A stretch of 64,000 nt of DNA from a virus. The stretch spans positions 1 through 64,000 of IMG/VR virus record IMGVR_UViG_3300025435_000010. One strand, given 5' to 3'. Shown here piece after piece: positions 44,671 to 55,390 of the stretch. The translations under genes were made by a program, and so were the position numbers. Under the pieces are notes generated by a model. The model saw only the letters and a list, made by a program, of their open reading frames with translations. It was not told the origin of the DNA and searched no databases. How positions within the stretch are numbered: position 1 is the stretch's first letter; each line of letters opens with the position of its first letter.

Positions 44671-46272
44671 TCAAGAGGTATATGGATGCCACTCACACTT
44701 TTTAAAGAAATCACGCCAGTAGTTATACACACGGTAATCGTTAGGTGTTCCCCAGCAGATATAATTCTTTACTTCAAATACTTTTACATTGAGACCTGCT
44801 TCTATATTCTGGTTAATAACATCATCAACGTAAAATTCTTCGTTCGTACGAATATCTTTACTATAGCAACCTTGCAAGCCACTTATAAAATATTCTGCTT
44901 TTCTATAAAACATTGTACCGATAATAGCGTGCGTTTTAAGAGGATCGTCAAAGACAAACTTTTTACAATATACATGTTTTATATTATTATCATCATCAAC
45001 GTCTAACCAAGAATACATATTAGGATTAACTTTACTCGTTTGATTATTTCTAAACGACCAAACAATAACATCAACACTCTGATCGTCTAATAATTTCTTA
45101 TATTCTTCGGTATCATAAAATACACCGTTATCGCAAGCAGAAATTAATATAGGCTTATCTAAGTCTATATTTCCGTCACGTACTCCGATTTCGCAGGTAC
45201 AGGCTTGACCAGAGGTAACACCTGTTAAACAAACGATACTTGTACCACTAAAATACTTCGGTAGTATTGAGTCCAGCTTAAATTGCTGTACATGATCATC
45301 CTGAGCGACGAATATATTGTGCCTAGATTGCGGTAAGCACTTCACTGCCTGTACTATCATAGGCAAACCGTCTACATCTAAAAGAGGTTTTGGAGTTGTA
45401 TAACCTTCATCAGCAAAACGGCTACCTCGACCTGCCATAGGCAGTATAAGCGTTACGTCGTTATCATGCTCAAGTATAGGTTGTTTAACGGATATATTTT
45501 TAAAATAATTTGACCAGCCTTTATAAATCTCTAAATCGTACGGTGTACCCCATTGTAGCATTTTCTCAATTTCAAATATACCAACCTTTAAACCATCTTC
45601 TACAAGTAGGTTATATACAAGGCTGACATAATACTCACCTTTCAAGTTAATATCACGATCTATAAGCTCTTGAAAATATTTCTTTAGAATAGCGCCGTTC
45701 TTAAAATAATATGTACCGTTCGATGCATACTCGTTCATCTTGTTATCGGTAAATGATTCTTTTTCCTTTATCTGAAGAAGTGTTTTATTCTCTTCTTTGC
45801 AGAAAGCGTAATTGTCACCGCCAAGCATATGGGGATGAAATCCGGTGTAACACGGTATCATGCCGTCGTATATACCATTAGCTGTCTGTTTTAAGAATTG
45901 GTTAAAATTCCAAACTGTACTGTAATCACAATAGCTTACAATAATCTCTGCGTCGTCGTTTATATGGTCTTTTATTTGATATATAGCATCAACAGGACCT
46001 TTTCTATTTTCATTCGAAACACTTATAATTTTACCGGTAGGAGCAATATTTGTAAGAATATTACGCATATCCGTTTCAGCTAAATGTCTTTCATTACAGA
46101 TAAACGTAATATCCTTAATGCCGGAAAACATATTTACCACATGTTCGATAATTGGTTTTCCATCAACGTTTATTAGAGGCTTCGGATCCGTGTAACCGGC
46201 TTCAATAAATCTTCGACCAATACCTGACATCGGTATTATTAATTGTATGTTTCTACCCTGCATATTATACAT
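44671..46272 (-). CDS. Tandem two-domain sugar/polyol-phosphate nucleotidyltransferase
   Basis: I(I/L)PMxG.G.RF...GY..PKPL..VDG twice; WGTP twice. Confidence 0.85.
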   Translation of the reverse strand: MYNMQGRNIQLIIPMSGIGRRFIEAGYTDPKPLINVDGKPIIEHVVNMFSGIKDITFICNERHLAETDMRNILTNIAPTGKIISVSNENRKGPVDAIYQIKDHINDDAEIIVSYCDYSTVWNFNQFLKQTANGIYDGMIPCYTGFHPHMLGGDNYAFCKEENKTLLQIKEKESFTDNKMNEYASNGTYYFKNGAILKKYFQELIDRDINLKGEYYVSLVYNLLVEDGLKVGIFEIEKMLQWGTPYDLEIYKGWSNYFKNISVKQPILEHDNDVTLILPMAGRGSRFADEGYTTPKPLLDVDGLPMIVQAVKCLPQSRHNIFVAQDDHVQQFKLDSILPKYFSGTSIVCLTGVTSGQACTCEIGVRDGNIDLDKPILISACDNGVFYDTEEYKKLLDDQSVDVIVWSFRNNQTSKVNPNMYSWLDVDDDNNIKHVYCKKFVFDDPLKTHAIIGTMFYRKAEYFISGLQGCYSKDIRTNEEFYVDDVINQNIEAGLNVKVFEVKNYICWGTPNDYRVYNYWRDFFKKCEWHPYTS

Positions 46273-46276
46273 CTAC

Positions 46277-46738
46277 TTAAATTTTACACTTATATTTGCA
46301 ATATGTGACATAGTCAGTGCAAATACCATGAACAATATCGCCAGGATATGTATCAATATCTTCTTTTGATAAAAGCGGTATTATACAGCTTTCAGTCAAC
46401 GGTAATGTTAAATCATGTACCCAAAGATGTCGAGTACTAGTAAGTACGTATGTATCTATTGAATGGCAGAAATATTTTGCTGCTGTAAATTCTTTTAATT
46501 TGTAAGCCGCAGCAACATCCTTACAGTGGAGCCAGAGATACTTTAACCGTGGTTCTAACCACTCACGATTAATTTTATAGTCGGGTGTATCGTGACCTAA
46601 CCAGAACTGATTATTGATATAGCGTATATCGATTTCAACTTCATATCCTAGCTGTATTGCGCAATCAATATACGACGGTCTGTTTTCCTTATCAGGTATA
46701 GGTCCGATAATATTACCTCTATGTGATATTAATTTCAT
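46277..46738 (-). CDS. GDPD/PLC-like phosphodiesterase
   Basis: ISHRGN, EN, VEID, GHD.P, ICTD. Confidence 0.75.
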   Translation of the reverse strand: MKLISHRGNIIGPIPDKENRPSYIDCAIQLGYEVEIDIRYINNQFWLGHDTPDYKINREWLEPRLKYLWLHCKDVAAAYKLKEFTAAKYFCHSIDTYVLTSTRHLWVHDLTLPLTESCIIPLLSKEDIDTYPGDIVHGICTDYVTYCKYKCKI

Positions 46739-47028
46739 AGTTCTTCAATTCGTAATGTTTTATCATCAATAAAACGGTCATAGTAAGGTTTATCAACACG
46801 AAGTTCGTGATACTTTACGCCCCATTCATCTAATTGATTTTTTGTTAAATCATACCAGTTGATCTGTTTTCTACTACCTCGTGACGTCCAATAAACGATC
46901 GTATTACCTGCTGCATATAGTTTGTTTATTTTTTCTATATTTTCCTTTATAGGAATTGCGTCATGGTAATTTCGAGAAGCTGGCGAAGTGCATATCGTTT
47001 CATCAATATCTACGTAATATATTTTCAT
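46735..47028 (-). CDS. Minimal HAD phosphatase (capsule-biosynthesis type)
   Basis: DIDETI, TSRG, KP, IDDK. Confidence 0.8.
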   Translation of the reverse strand: MKIYYVDIDETICTSPASRNYHDAIPIKENIEKINKLYAAGNTIVYWTSRGSRKQINWYDLTKNQLDEWGVKYHELRVDKPYYDRFIDDKTLRIEEL

Positions 47029-47042
47029 ACTTAACGTATAAA

Positions 47043-47771
47043 TTAAAAGTCTGTCTTGTAGAGATAGGCGGTAGGCGCAATCCAATCAGTACTCTTGAGT
47101 TCAAATTTTATATTCTTCTCTCTCAAGAATCTCTCGACACCGCAGCTTTCTGTAAACTTACCATACTCAAATTCATCAAAAATAACGACACCACCAGGTA
47201 ATATTCTATCCCAGAGATGTTTGAGTGCAAAATAGGTCGGTCTTTCTAAATCAACATCTATGTACAGCATAGAAATTCTAAAGCCAGGATTTTCCTCTAC
47301 ATAGCCTGGTATTGTCTGCTCCACATCACCCTGTACAAGCTCGTACCGATCTTTGCAAATACCAGCTCCATCGAGCCTCTTTATTACAGACTCGTACGTT
47401 AATTCATCGCTATTAACCCTATTATAAACGATGTTCATACACTCTTTATCGAGTTCACTGTCTTTATTAAGAATCTTGTTTGCATGAGCAGTGTCAAATA
47501 TATCAAACCCGATAATTTTCTTATTAGAATTAGGACAGAATACGTTAACAAATTTTGCAAATGTTGCGATGCCAGAGCCTTTGAAAACACCGATTTCAAC
47601 AATATCGCCAGGGAGATGTCTGGTATTAAGAAAGTGATTAAAGCGATGAAGCAGCTTACCTGTAAGTTTTATATCTTTCGAAAAGATAAAATCATTAAAT
47701 GCTGCGTAATGTTCATCTTTTGGATTGTTTATGGTGTTCTTATTTGTTATATCGTGTATATTGTAATTCAT
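47043..47771 (-). CDS. TylF/MycF-family sugar O-methyltransferase
   Basis: PGDIVEIGVFKG, GFD.F, IDVDL, PGGVVIFDE. Confidence 0.85.
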   Translation of the reverse strand: MNYNIHDITNKNTINNPKDEHYAAFNDFIFSKDIKLTGKLLHRFNHFLNTRHLPGDIVEIGVFKGSGIATFAKFVNVFCPNSNKKIIGFDIFDTAHANKILNKDSELDKECMNIVYNRVNSDELTYESVIKRLDGAGICKDRYELVQGDVEQTIPGYVEENPGFRISMLYIDVDLERPTYFALKHLWDRILPGGVVIFDEFEYGKFTESCGVERFLREKNIKFELKSTDWIAPTAYLYKTDF

Positions 47772-47826
47772 AAAACCGTTAAAATACTATTATAAACTAC
47801 ACCATAACAGTAGTCAAGTCTACTTC

Positions 47827-48597
47827 TTAACGTTGTGTATTAAACTCTCTGGATGTATTCTTTAAAAAATTTTCGCAGATATACTGATATTCATCTCTCA
47901 GTTCGTTAGTAAAATTAGTTTCTTGTACGGGGAGATACTTTCCACCATGTGTGAGATGTAGGAATTGAAAGAACTTATGACAGCAGTAATATCCGCAGAC
48001 AAGCTGCTCAGTACCGTGTATCTTGTACATCGATAATTTACTACAGGTGTTTTGTATTGAAGATGTTTCTATCGAACGATATGTTTCACCACTATGAAGC
48101 CCCATAACGTTAAGTAACGTACTCACTTTCCATATAGATGGATTAACGTTGTAGATGTAGGTGCTTGGATCCTCGGCCTTATAGAGAGATGCGGTGCAAT
48201 CATCTGTTATACGGATATTATTTTCGTTATCTGATGTATAGTTAAGATTACTCTGTAAATCTATTCGATCAATAGAATTATTAACGGCTATAGAATGAAG
48301 ACAGTCCATAATGATAGCATCTTGTGACACTAAAATATCCATATCATGGAGAAGCAGCATGTAGTCGTCTTTTAATTCACTGAGTGCTAACAACCTACTT
48401 GCATACGGTAAACTGTCATCATAAAAAATTATTTGCGTGTAATTCGTGGATAAATTGTTTAAAATTTCACTCTCTATATTTTTATTAATAAGGAGAATTT
48501 TCCTCTCATATTCAGCTATGTAGCTAGTTTGTACGTTGAGAATATCAATGTATTCGGAATGAGAATACACAACAATAGGTAATATACTTTTATTCAT
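47827..48597 (-). CDS. Putative glycosyltransferase (GT-A-like)
   Basis: HDMD motif, NPSIW; cluster context. Confidence 0.5.
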   Translation of the reverse strand: MNKSILPIVVYSHSEYIDILNVQTSYIAEYERKILLINKNIESEILNNLSTNYTQIIFYDDSLPYASRLLALSELKDDYMLLLHDMDILVSQDAIIMDCLHSIAVNNSIDRIDLQSNLNYTSDNENNIRITDDCTASLYKAEDPSTYIYNVNPSIWKVSTLLNVMGLHSGETYRSIETSSIQNTCSKLSMYKIHGTEQLVCGYYCCHKFFQFLHLTHGGKYLPVQETNFTNELRDEYQYICENFLKNTSREFNTQR

Positions 48598-50024
48598 TTT
48601 TTATAGAGCGATAATATGAAGAACATAATATAGTCGTAATAATTGTTATGACATATATTATATTTTTCAAGCAATTTTGTTCGCTGGTATTGTTTAAATG
48701 TAATACTATTAAATGTCGGCTCACACTCGTAATTTACTTCATAAGATATATTATGACGTGTAAATTCATTAAGCATTTCCGCTATGTTGTATTTTTTATT
48801 AATTAAAATAGATAACTGTAAATCGTCGTTTCCTTCGATAGATGAAAAACTAATTACTATATCTGATAATTCACGTTGAGGGTATATGTATTTTTCGTAA
48901 TCTTTTTTTCGCCCATCTATTTGCTTTTGTATTTGCTCTGGTGTATAGTTTCTCGACGCTGTATCTCTAGCTATCTTCCATCTTGTTTTTAATTCTATAT
49001 CAGTATCAATAAAGATCTTTAAATTGTATAATTCGTTGTTGTGATGATAAAGACTATGTAACCCGCAAACAATAACATTATCAGAATTATTAATTTGCTC
49101 GGTTTCAGTAAATTTACCATTCTTGTGATCATAGTTAACGTGATACACCTTCTTACCAACTTTAAGATCGAAGATGTCTTTGTTCATCTTCGCAATATAA
49201 TTCGCATCCGGGTTTAAATGAGTGTATTTTTTCCAATTTTCGTCACCACGTTCCCATTTATGATACCTATCACATTCAAGTGTAAAGGAATTAGAAAAAT
49301 ACTGTTTTAATATATTACTGAGAGTTGTTTTACCTGATCCAGAGTCACCACAAATAGCGAATACGTTGCATGAAGATAATATTACGTTGTATTCGATATT
49401 AAGTGATTTGTATTTTATTTTATTATCGTTTAAATGATGAAATAGTAATGTTTCTGATACATGGCCGTGTTGTGAAATGAGATCTTCAATCTTTGTAAAT
49501 ATATCAAAATACGAATCCATTACAGCTGATTGACCGTAAGCAAAAATATCGCATAAAACAGGATCGTTGGGATTTTCTAATCTCGATGTATCGATAACGC
49601 TTTCTTCTGGAATGTAAATTATATCTTCCTCAATTTTTGCGCTAAAGATGTCATTAGTTATGATGTTAAGATCAGGTCGATATTTTATAACGAGATCGTA
49701 TTTTTTATTATTAATATCTTCGTTTATTTTTTTTATTTTATTAAGCTTATAATATTTTTGCCAAGTATTGATGATATCATCTCTTACATCACCATATTTT
49801 ATAATATTGCTTTCCTTTAAAGTTGCAATAGGGGAGAGTATTTTTTCAATATTATCAATTGCATTGTCATATGAATTTAGATATCTATCATCTTGGTATT
49901 CATTTTCTGTTATATGCAAATATACATCTACATTTTCAAACGCATCAAGTATCTTCTCTTTAATGAGAGGTATATTGTCGCCGAAAGATCTAAAATAACC
50001 TGATATGAGAAGAGCGACGTTCAT
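48594..50024 (-). CDS. Fusion of a GT-like N-terminal domain and a phosphoribulokinase/uridine-kinase domain
   Basis: ISGYFR...RPD...DIFAYG; GDSGSGKTT, DRYHKWER, HLNP.AN, YDH..GKF, WKI.RD. Confidence 0.8.
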   Translation of the reverse strand: MNVALLISGYFRSFGDNIPLIKEKILDAFENVDVYLHITENEYQDDRYLNSYDNAIDNIEKILSPIATLKESNIIKYGDVRDDIINTWQKYYKLNKIKKINEDINNKKYDLVIKYRPDLNIITNDIFSAKIEEDIIYIPEESVIDTSRLENPNDPVLCDIFAYGQSAVMDSYFDIFTKIEDLISQHGHVSETLLFHHLNDNKIKYKSLNIEYNVILSSCNVFAICGDSGSGKTTLSNILKQYFSNSFTLECDRYHKWERGDENWKKYTHLNPDANYIAKMNKDIFDLKVGKKVYHVNYDHKNGKFTETEQINNSDNVIVCGLHSLYHHNNELYNLKIFIDTDIELKTRWKIARDTASRNYTPEQIQKQIDGRKKDYEKYIYPQRELSDIVISFSSIEGNDDLQLSILINKKYNIAEMLNEFTRHNISYEVNYECEPTFNSITFKQYQRTKLLEKYNICHNNYYDYIMFFILSLYKK

Positions 50025-50848
50025 ACGTTAGACTTCAAATGCTCTTCAACCATATGTAAGAAATGTGTAGGGTCGAAGCTCTTTTTAAAAAAGTTTTTAT
50101 TATTCATAAAATGAAATAAGTGTATATCTACAGTTGTAAGTGAAAGTAAATTGTTACATAGTGCGAAAATTTTTAATCCTCCGCCCTCTCCTATATGAAT
50201 ATTAAAGTTAGATTTTCTCAGTATATTGAGGTTTCTTGTTATTATTTCTTTACTATATAATTTTATAGTATCATCAACAGTCAAGTCAATAATGTTTGTT
50301 AGTCGACTGTTTATAATGTCTTCATATATACAAAAGGTATTATGTATTCTATATTCATGACAGTCAGAATAGTTCTTTTCGCCAATTAGAATGACTCTTG
50401 TGTTGTAGCGATGTAGTAAATCGATTAAATTGTTTTTAATATGTTCATTCCAAGGTGTACGTATATCACCGTCGTTTCCAGATATAACTTTTGTATTAAT
50501 TACAATATAGTTATTGTATAATGCTGCTTCGTCATTAAACGAGTCAACTATATCCATAGAGTGCGGAGCGACTTCAAGTGCTGCAGCGATGACATGTGGT
50601 AAAACGTGTGGTAGATCGTCTCCCGGTATAACTCTTACGTTATTCATACTTGCAATCGAGGTTAACAAGTAGTCTCGAAGCAATTCGTAGTATTCTTCAC
50701 TATATTCGTTTCTCAATTCTTTAATTAACTTATCATTAAACTGAATCTCGAAATCAACGTGCTTGTTATTAGCAAATATGGTAACATACTCCCAGAGCAA
50801 CGAAAGTCCGAAAAGTAATGATATTCTCACTGTTGGTCTTGTTGTCAT
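50021..50848 (-). CDS. Putative glycosyltransferase (GT-B-like)
   Basis: YIVINTK, ILIGEK, IG.GG; context. Confidence 0.45.
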   Translation of the reverse strand: MTTRPTVRISLLFGLSLLWEYVTIFANNKHVDFEIQFNDKLIKELRNEYSEEYYELLRDYLLTSIASMNNVRVIPGDDLPHVLPHVIAAALEVAPHSMDIVDSFNDEAALYNNYIVINTKVISGNDGDIRTPWNEHIKNNLIDLLHRYNTRVILIGEKNYSDCHEYRIHNTFCIYEDIINSRLTNIIDLTVDDTIKLYSKEIITRNLNILRKSNFNIHIGEGGGLKIFALCNNLLSLTTVDIHLFHFMNNKNFFKKSFDPTHFLHMVEEHLKSNV

Positions 50849-51648
50849 ATCAATATGTGCCAGTTAGAAGGCTGTTGAGGCTCGATGTTTTGTATACGTC
50901 TATCACGTAAACAACCACCGCTTCTATGATCAGGTAAAAATGGATGTAGATAAATTGAACGGTTCTCTAGTAGACCGGTTCTACAATCTAATAGATAACA
51001 AAGCGAGCACCATACAGAGTCTATTACATGTATATCTCCTGTCGAGTGTTCTATGACCTTTATCATCTCTAGCATATTAGGTGTGCTCAAGTTAAGATTT
51101 ATATAGGGTGTATTATTTTGCTTATTGAAAGTAATCTCCCTATGAGAGATACCAGGTGTCGGGTTGTCGTGATATACTGCGTAGTTTGACCCGTGCTTTG
51201 TAACAAATTCGTCATATATTTTTTGCTCGTGTACATCATCTCTCTTAAAATCAAAGCAGTCTATTCGGGTATTGTAAGGTATATCGTATGCTGTATAAAA
51301 AAGCTCTATAAAATGGTCACGGCAAGGGTCATATAATTTACCGAAAGCTTCTCTGTAAGGGTCACTGGGAGGACGATAGTAATCGAGGTGACCATGAAAA
51401 AGAAAATCATACTCGCTAGATGAAAAGGATTTAAGTATGTTTTCAAAATTATGTGTCAATTCACTTAAACTATAAAACACACCTTTCACCCCTTGCTTAT
51501 CAGCGACGTAATAATCAAAAAGATCCTTTGAATCTGTTCTCATTATCACAGTCATGTCACTGTATCGAGGTAAGTAAAAATTAATTAAGGGTAGACAGTT
51601 CATTATATCTGTCATTCCTTGATGGAAATATAGTAACCCTTTTTTCAT
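50845..51648 (-). CDS. Putative glycosyltransferase (GT9-like)
   Basis: HQG..D...C N-terminus, IHVIDS motif. Confidence 0.5.
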   Translation of the reverse strand: MKKGLLYFHQGMTDIMNCLPLINFYLPRYSDMTVIMRTDSKDLFDYYVADKQGVKGVFYSLSELTHNFENILKSFSSSEYDFLFHGHLDYYRPPSDPYREAFGKLYDPCRDHFIELFYTAYDIPYNTRIDCFDFKRDDVHEQKIYDEFVTKHGSNYAVYHDNPTPGISHREITFNKQNNTPYINLNLSTPNMLEMIKVIEHSTGDIHVIDSVWCSLCYLLDCRTGLLENRSIYLHPFLPDHRSGGCLRDRRIQNIEPQQPSNWHILI

Positions 51649-51653
51649 TTTCG

Positions 51654-52877
51654 TTATTTAAATCGGTTCAAGTTAATTTTCCAGGCACTGTTCAAACCGT
51701 TATCGATTAAAACGCATTCGCTTTTGTTAAAGTTTTTAGTAGTAAATCCCATTTCACTATTCCATCCCGCTACACTTTTATCGGAATATGATACATCAAT
51801 AGTATCATCATACGTCTCAACTATTTCGCCAATTATACCTTCCGATGGTACTTTAACGCGTATATATTTTTTCCAAGGCGATGCTTCAACGTGTTCCGTT
51901 TTTGTAAAAAACGTGACATTTTTATTAAAAAAGCTATATTCAAATCGCTTATTAATATCGAGAAATGTTGGCGATACTATTACCGTTATCGGAGTGTCAT
52001 TTTGCGCAAATAATACATTGCACATCCCACCGCCGATGGCACCGGTAATTTGTTTTGCATTGTAGAACAATAGTATCTTCTCTTTTGTTGTGAGAGTTTC
52101 GGTAAAAACTTCTTTATATCCAGATGCTATTAGCTTGTCAACAAGACAATCTTCATTAACTAAAAGTCTACGTGTTGTGTAATTCGTCCCTATGTTCTCT
52201 AGGTTATTATGCTTCCACGTCCTCCTGGATATGTATATCTGCTCTGGTGTGCTTGTAACTGAACTCGATGAAACAACGGTCTCAACTATATTACGGTAAA
52301 AGTCGTATATTTCTTTTCTCGGCGGTAAGTTAGAATCGATATCATGGGTAAAGGAGTTTGAAATATATACGTCGCGATAAAGTACATCCTCACGTGTAAG
52401 AATAATATCCTTATCAACATCGATTCCTGCAATTTGCAGGAATTCCTTTACAAAAGTATAAAAATCGTGCTTAACAGCGTTAGGATAATTCATTAGTAAT
52501 TTTAAATTACTAATACGTTTTTTAAGGTAAAAAAAGGAAAGTAAAATAGGTAGAGTGTCGTATATAAAATGATAATAATTATCCGTATTGTAAACAAAGA
52601 AAAATACCGGTGTATCTTCTATCGTACTATATGAACTAGAAAAAATTTGATCATACTCACTGACTATATCTTCGTTCTTAAGAGACATTGCTCTTTCTTT
52701 CAATGGGGTATAGAGCTGTTTATCCTTTATACTATACAAAAGGAGATTCGGATAAACAAGAGATTTACCAACAATGACACTGTCATCTAAATGATAGATG
52801 TTAATTATGCGCCCGTTTTCATCTACAGGTAAAAACGTCTCCTTATCTTGAATGAGATTAAAATCGTTTATTTTCAT
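51654..52877 (-). CDS. GT61 / DUF563 glycosyltransferase
   Basis: NYYHF..D.LP, IYISRR, R.LVNE, G..GGG..N.LF. Confidence 0.8.
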   Translation of the reverse strand: MKINDFNLIQDKETFLPVDENGRIINIYHLDDSVIVGKSLVYPNLLLYSIKDKQLYTPLKERAMSLKNEDIVSEYDQIFSSSYSTIEDTPVFFFVYNTDNYYHFIYDTLPILLSFFYLKKRISNLKLLMNYPNAVKHDFYTFVKEFLQIAGIDVDKDIILTREDVLYRDVYISNSFTHDIDSNLPPRKEIYDFYRNIVETVVSSSSVTSTPEQIYISRRTWKHNNLENIGTNYTTRRLLVNEDCLVDKLIASGYKEVFTETLTTKEKILLFYNAKQITGAIGGGMCNVLFAQNDTPITVIVSPTFLDINKRFEYSFFNKNVTFFTKTEHVEASPWKKYIRVKVPSEGIIGEIVETYDDTIDVSYSDKSVAGWNSEMGFTTKNFNKSECVLIDNGLNSAWKINLNRFK

Positions 52878-53692
52878 ATACTAGTGATCCAAGATACATG
52901 CACGTCGTTATGTCTGAGAAACTGATACACGCCTCTCGCGTGACCTCTTAATAAAACAGCCCACATACCGCAATTACCTGAGTGTGTGACTATATATTTA
53001 GCCTTTGAGAGACAATATGTCATACCAAGCATCCGTATACCAAATTTCGGTCTATCTGTCTTATCAATTACATGATGCATAACGAGACCTTGATTTCGAT
53101 TTATTAAAGGCATTTCTCGTACTGCAAAACTGTTTGTAAATGTTGCACAAAAAGCTTCTTTAAATTCTAATTCGTCTGTCTGTACTAAAAATTGTATGGA
53201 AGGGTTTTGCGATTGTATTTCGCTACATTTTTCAAAAAAATCATTATATGAAGCAATGCCCGTCTCTGTACATTTATCATTACCTCTATAAAATACAGCA
53301 GCGGTGTTATTATAGTCGATATCATATTTTTGCTCAATTTTATTTACAAATTCTTCTACCACATCGCCTATAGTAAAGTATTGCTTTATAAAAGCATTTA
53401 TATTATTAAAATCGAGATCCTTGTAGGGTGCAAATTGATAATCATGATGAAAATCTATCGGCGGTACCGGTAGCATTACCTCGCCTTGCTGCATAGCTTC
53501 TTTAAAGAAGAGGTTATTTACATCTTCATTAAGATCTAATGGATCGATCTTGTAATTATAAAATTGTTTCGAGGCGTCAATCTTTACAGGTAATTGCTTA
53601 TACCGGTTATAATACTGAATTATATCAAATAGCTTGACCGAGCAGCAAGAAAAAAAACCAGCATTATGATCTACTACAAGAGTATCTGTCAT
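52874..53692 (-). CDS. NodZ/GT23-like fucosyltransferase
   Basis: AGFFS, YRG.DK, QTD, SGN motifs. Confidence 0.65.
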   Translation of the reverse strand: MTDTLVVDHNAGFFSCCSVKLFDIIQYYNRYKQLPVKIDASKQFYNYKIDPLDLNEDVNNLFFKEAMQQGEVMLPVPPIDFHHDYQFAPYKDLDFNNINAFIKQYFTIGDVVEEFVNKIEQKYDIDYNNTAAVFYRGNDKCTETGIASYNDFFEKCSEIQSQNPSIQFLVQTDELEFKEAFCATFTNSFAVREMPLINRNQGLVMHHVIDKTDRPKFGIRMLGMTYCLSKAKYIVTHSGNCGMWAVLLRGHARGVYQFLRHNDVHVSWITSI

Positions 53693-54555
53693 ACATCAAT
53701 TGTATTAAAATATCTTGCAACCGCCACATAAAAGTTATATTTTGTCAAAAGTAATTTTTTATTATTTGTCTGTAGGGCTGATTTGCTCTGTAAGAATTGT
53801 TTAAGTTCATCGACATTATCTAATGTCGTAAGCTGATAGACATTATCAAAGAAGCGAGACACATCAGGGCATCCATAATAGATAGGTGTCGTGTCTGTTA
53901 AGATACAGTCAGTGAGTTTTTCTGAGAAGTAATCCGATTCAACAGAATTTTCAATAGCTATAGAAAATTCATAATCTAACAATCCATCCTTTTTATTAAT
54001 TAATGTACCCTTAATGCGTTCATCATTAATACCACTCTTCTCCCATTCATTACCGTAGATATCTATATCTAAATCTGTATCGAGTATCTGTTTTACAAAA
54101 TTAACTCGTTTTGAGTATATAGCCTGTGGATAAGAATCAACACTATTATAGGAAGTTATAATGCTACACTTTTTTGTTTTTGTAAAACTATTATTAATAT
54201 AATAATCTAAATTTTCACCGTTATAATAATCGAAGTGAGGAGCTAGTAGCCCGGGATAATATATATATTGCGGGTTATCGTGCTTTACATGGTGAATAAT
54301 ATGTTGACAACGAGCTTGTAAGTATTGCTCAAAATAACAAGCCCAGGTTGGTTCAAGCATTACCCCTAGTGTCTTTTCACGAGGAAAATCAAGATGTTTT
54401 TGCGAAAAATTTACAACAACAAGAAAATCAAAATTATCTTCAATAGTAAATTGAAAGTCTTTATTTTGATTTTCACTTGTAATAAAGACTCTACTAAATC
54501 GCTCAAAAATTTGCTCGTCTGTGCACCAGTTACAGGTTAGTCTTATCTTTTTCAT
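53689..54555 (-). CDS. GT10 fucosyltransferase-like
   Basis: YEFSIAIENS...YFSEKL.D....PIYYG. Confidence 0.85.
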   Translation of the reverse strand: MKKIRLTCNWCTDEQIFERFSRVFITSENQNKDFQFTIEDNFDFLVVVNFSQKHLDFPREKTLGVMLEPTWACYFEQYLQARCQHIIHHVKHDNPQYIYYPGLLAPHFDYYNGENLDYYINNSFTKTKKCSIITSYNSVDSYPQAIYSKRVNFVKQILDTDLDIDIYGNEWEKSGINDERIKGTLINKKDGLLDYEFSIAIENSVESDYFSEKLTDCILTDTTPIYYGCPDVSRFFDNVYQLTTLDNVDELKQFLQSKSALQTNNKKLLLTKYNFYVAVARYFNTIDV

Positions 54556-55390
54556 TTATAAAAGGACTCCATGTAGTAATATACTGCTCAAGTTCGGATT
54601 TATTCATTTTATCTACCTTGTCAGCTTCAATAAAATTATGGTTGTAATAAGGGTGATTATTTCTTACAGCATTCTGGTGAAAGAGATGAAAACAAATCGA
54701 ATAGTCTTTTGTATCTCTATAATCTTTTAATTCAAGTTTGAGAATTCTGTTAATAATTTCGTTGTCTTCAGCTCCCCAAGCAATAAAATTTGGATTATAT
54801 CCGCCTATTTTATAGAAGAGCTCACGATTAAACATAGCAATACCACCGACACTTGTATGTCTTGTAGGTGTACATCTTACCCCGAAATAATCATCACCGT
54901 AGCCGAGTTCAAGTTTTTCAAGTGGTGGTAATTCTTCAAGAAGTGAATTATAGTTATATACTGCATCAATAAATTTTTGATGTAATTGATATGAGGTATC
55001 GATGAAGAAGCCGTTATACGGGAACGCAATTACACAATCTTTCTGCGTTATAAGCGCATTATAACACTCGTCAATAGATTCCTTTGGTACAATTGCATCT
55101 GTATCAATTTGTATCAATACATCTGTTGTAGCAAATTTTGCGGCTGTATTGAGCCCCCAAGGCTTACGGTAGTAACTATTATTTGATATAAAATAAAAAC
55201 TTGTATTCTTTGGCCACTTTATATTATTAAGTTTTAGACAATGTACCACGTCATCTTCAACAATAATAAATTTAGCACCTATATACAAATTACTATAGTA
55301 ATTGAGAATTGTTTGGAGATTACGTACACGATCATCACTATCGTAACGAAAATGCATTATGAATGTAATGTTTGTATTAATATCGTTCAT
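54530..55390 (-). CDS. GT7/GT2 galactosyltransferase-like
   Basis: DTD, GGYNPNF..WGAED.E, HL.H. Confidence 0.8.
   Translation of the reverse strand: MNDINTNITFIMHFRYDSDDRVRNLQTILNYYSNLYIGAKFIIVEDDVVHCLKLNNIKWPKNTSFYFISNNSYYRKPWGLNTAAKFATTDVLIQIDTDAIVPKESIDECYNALITQKDCVIAFPYNGFFIDTSYQLHQKFIDAVYNYNSLLEELPPLEKLELGYGDDYFGVRCTPTRHTSVGGIAMFNRELFYKIGGYNPNFIAWGAEDNEIINRILKLELKDYRDTKDYSICFHLFHQNAVRNNHPYYNHNFIEADKVDKMNKSELEQYITTWSPFINEKDKTNL

Noticed and set aside
48594-49400. Calvin-cycle PRK auxiliary gene
   Set aside because: The domain is fused to a glycan-locus domain inside a glycosyltransferase island, with no photosynthesis or CO2-fixation genes in the window.
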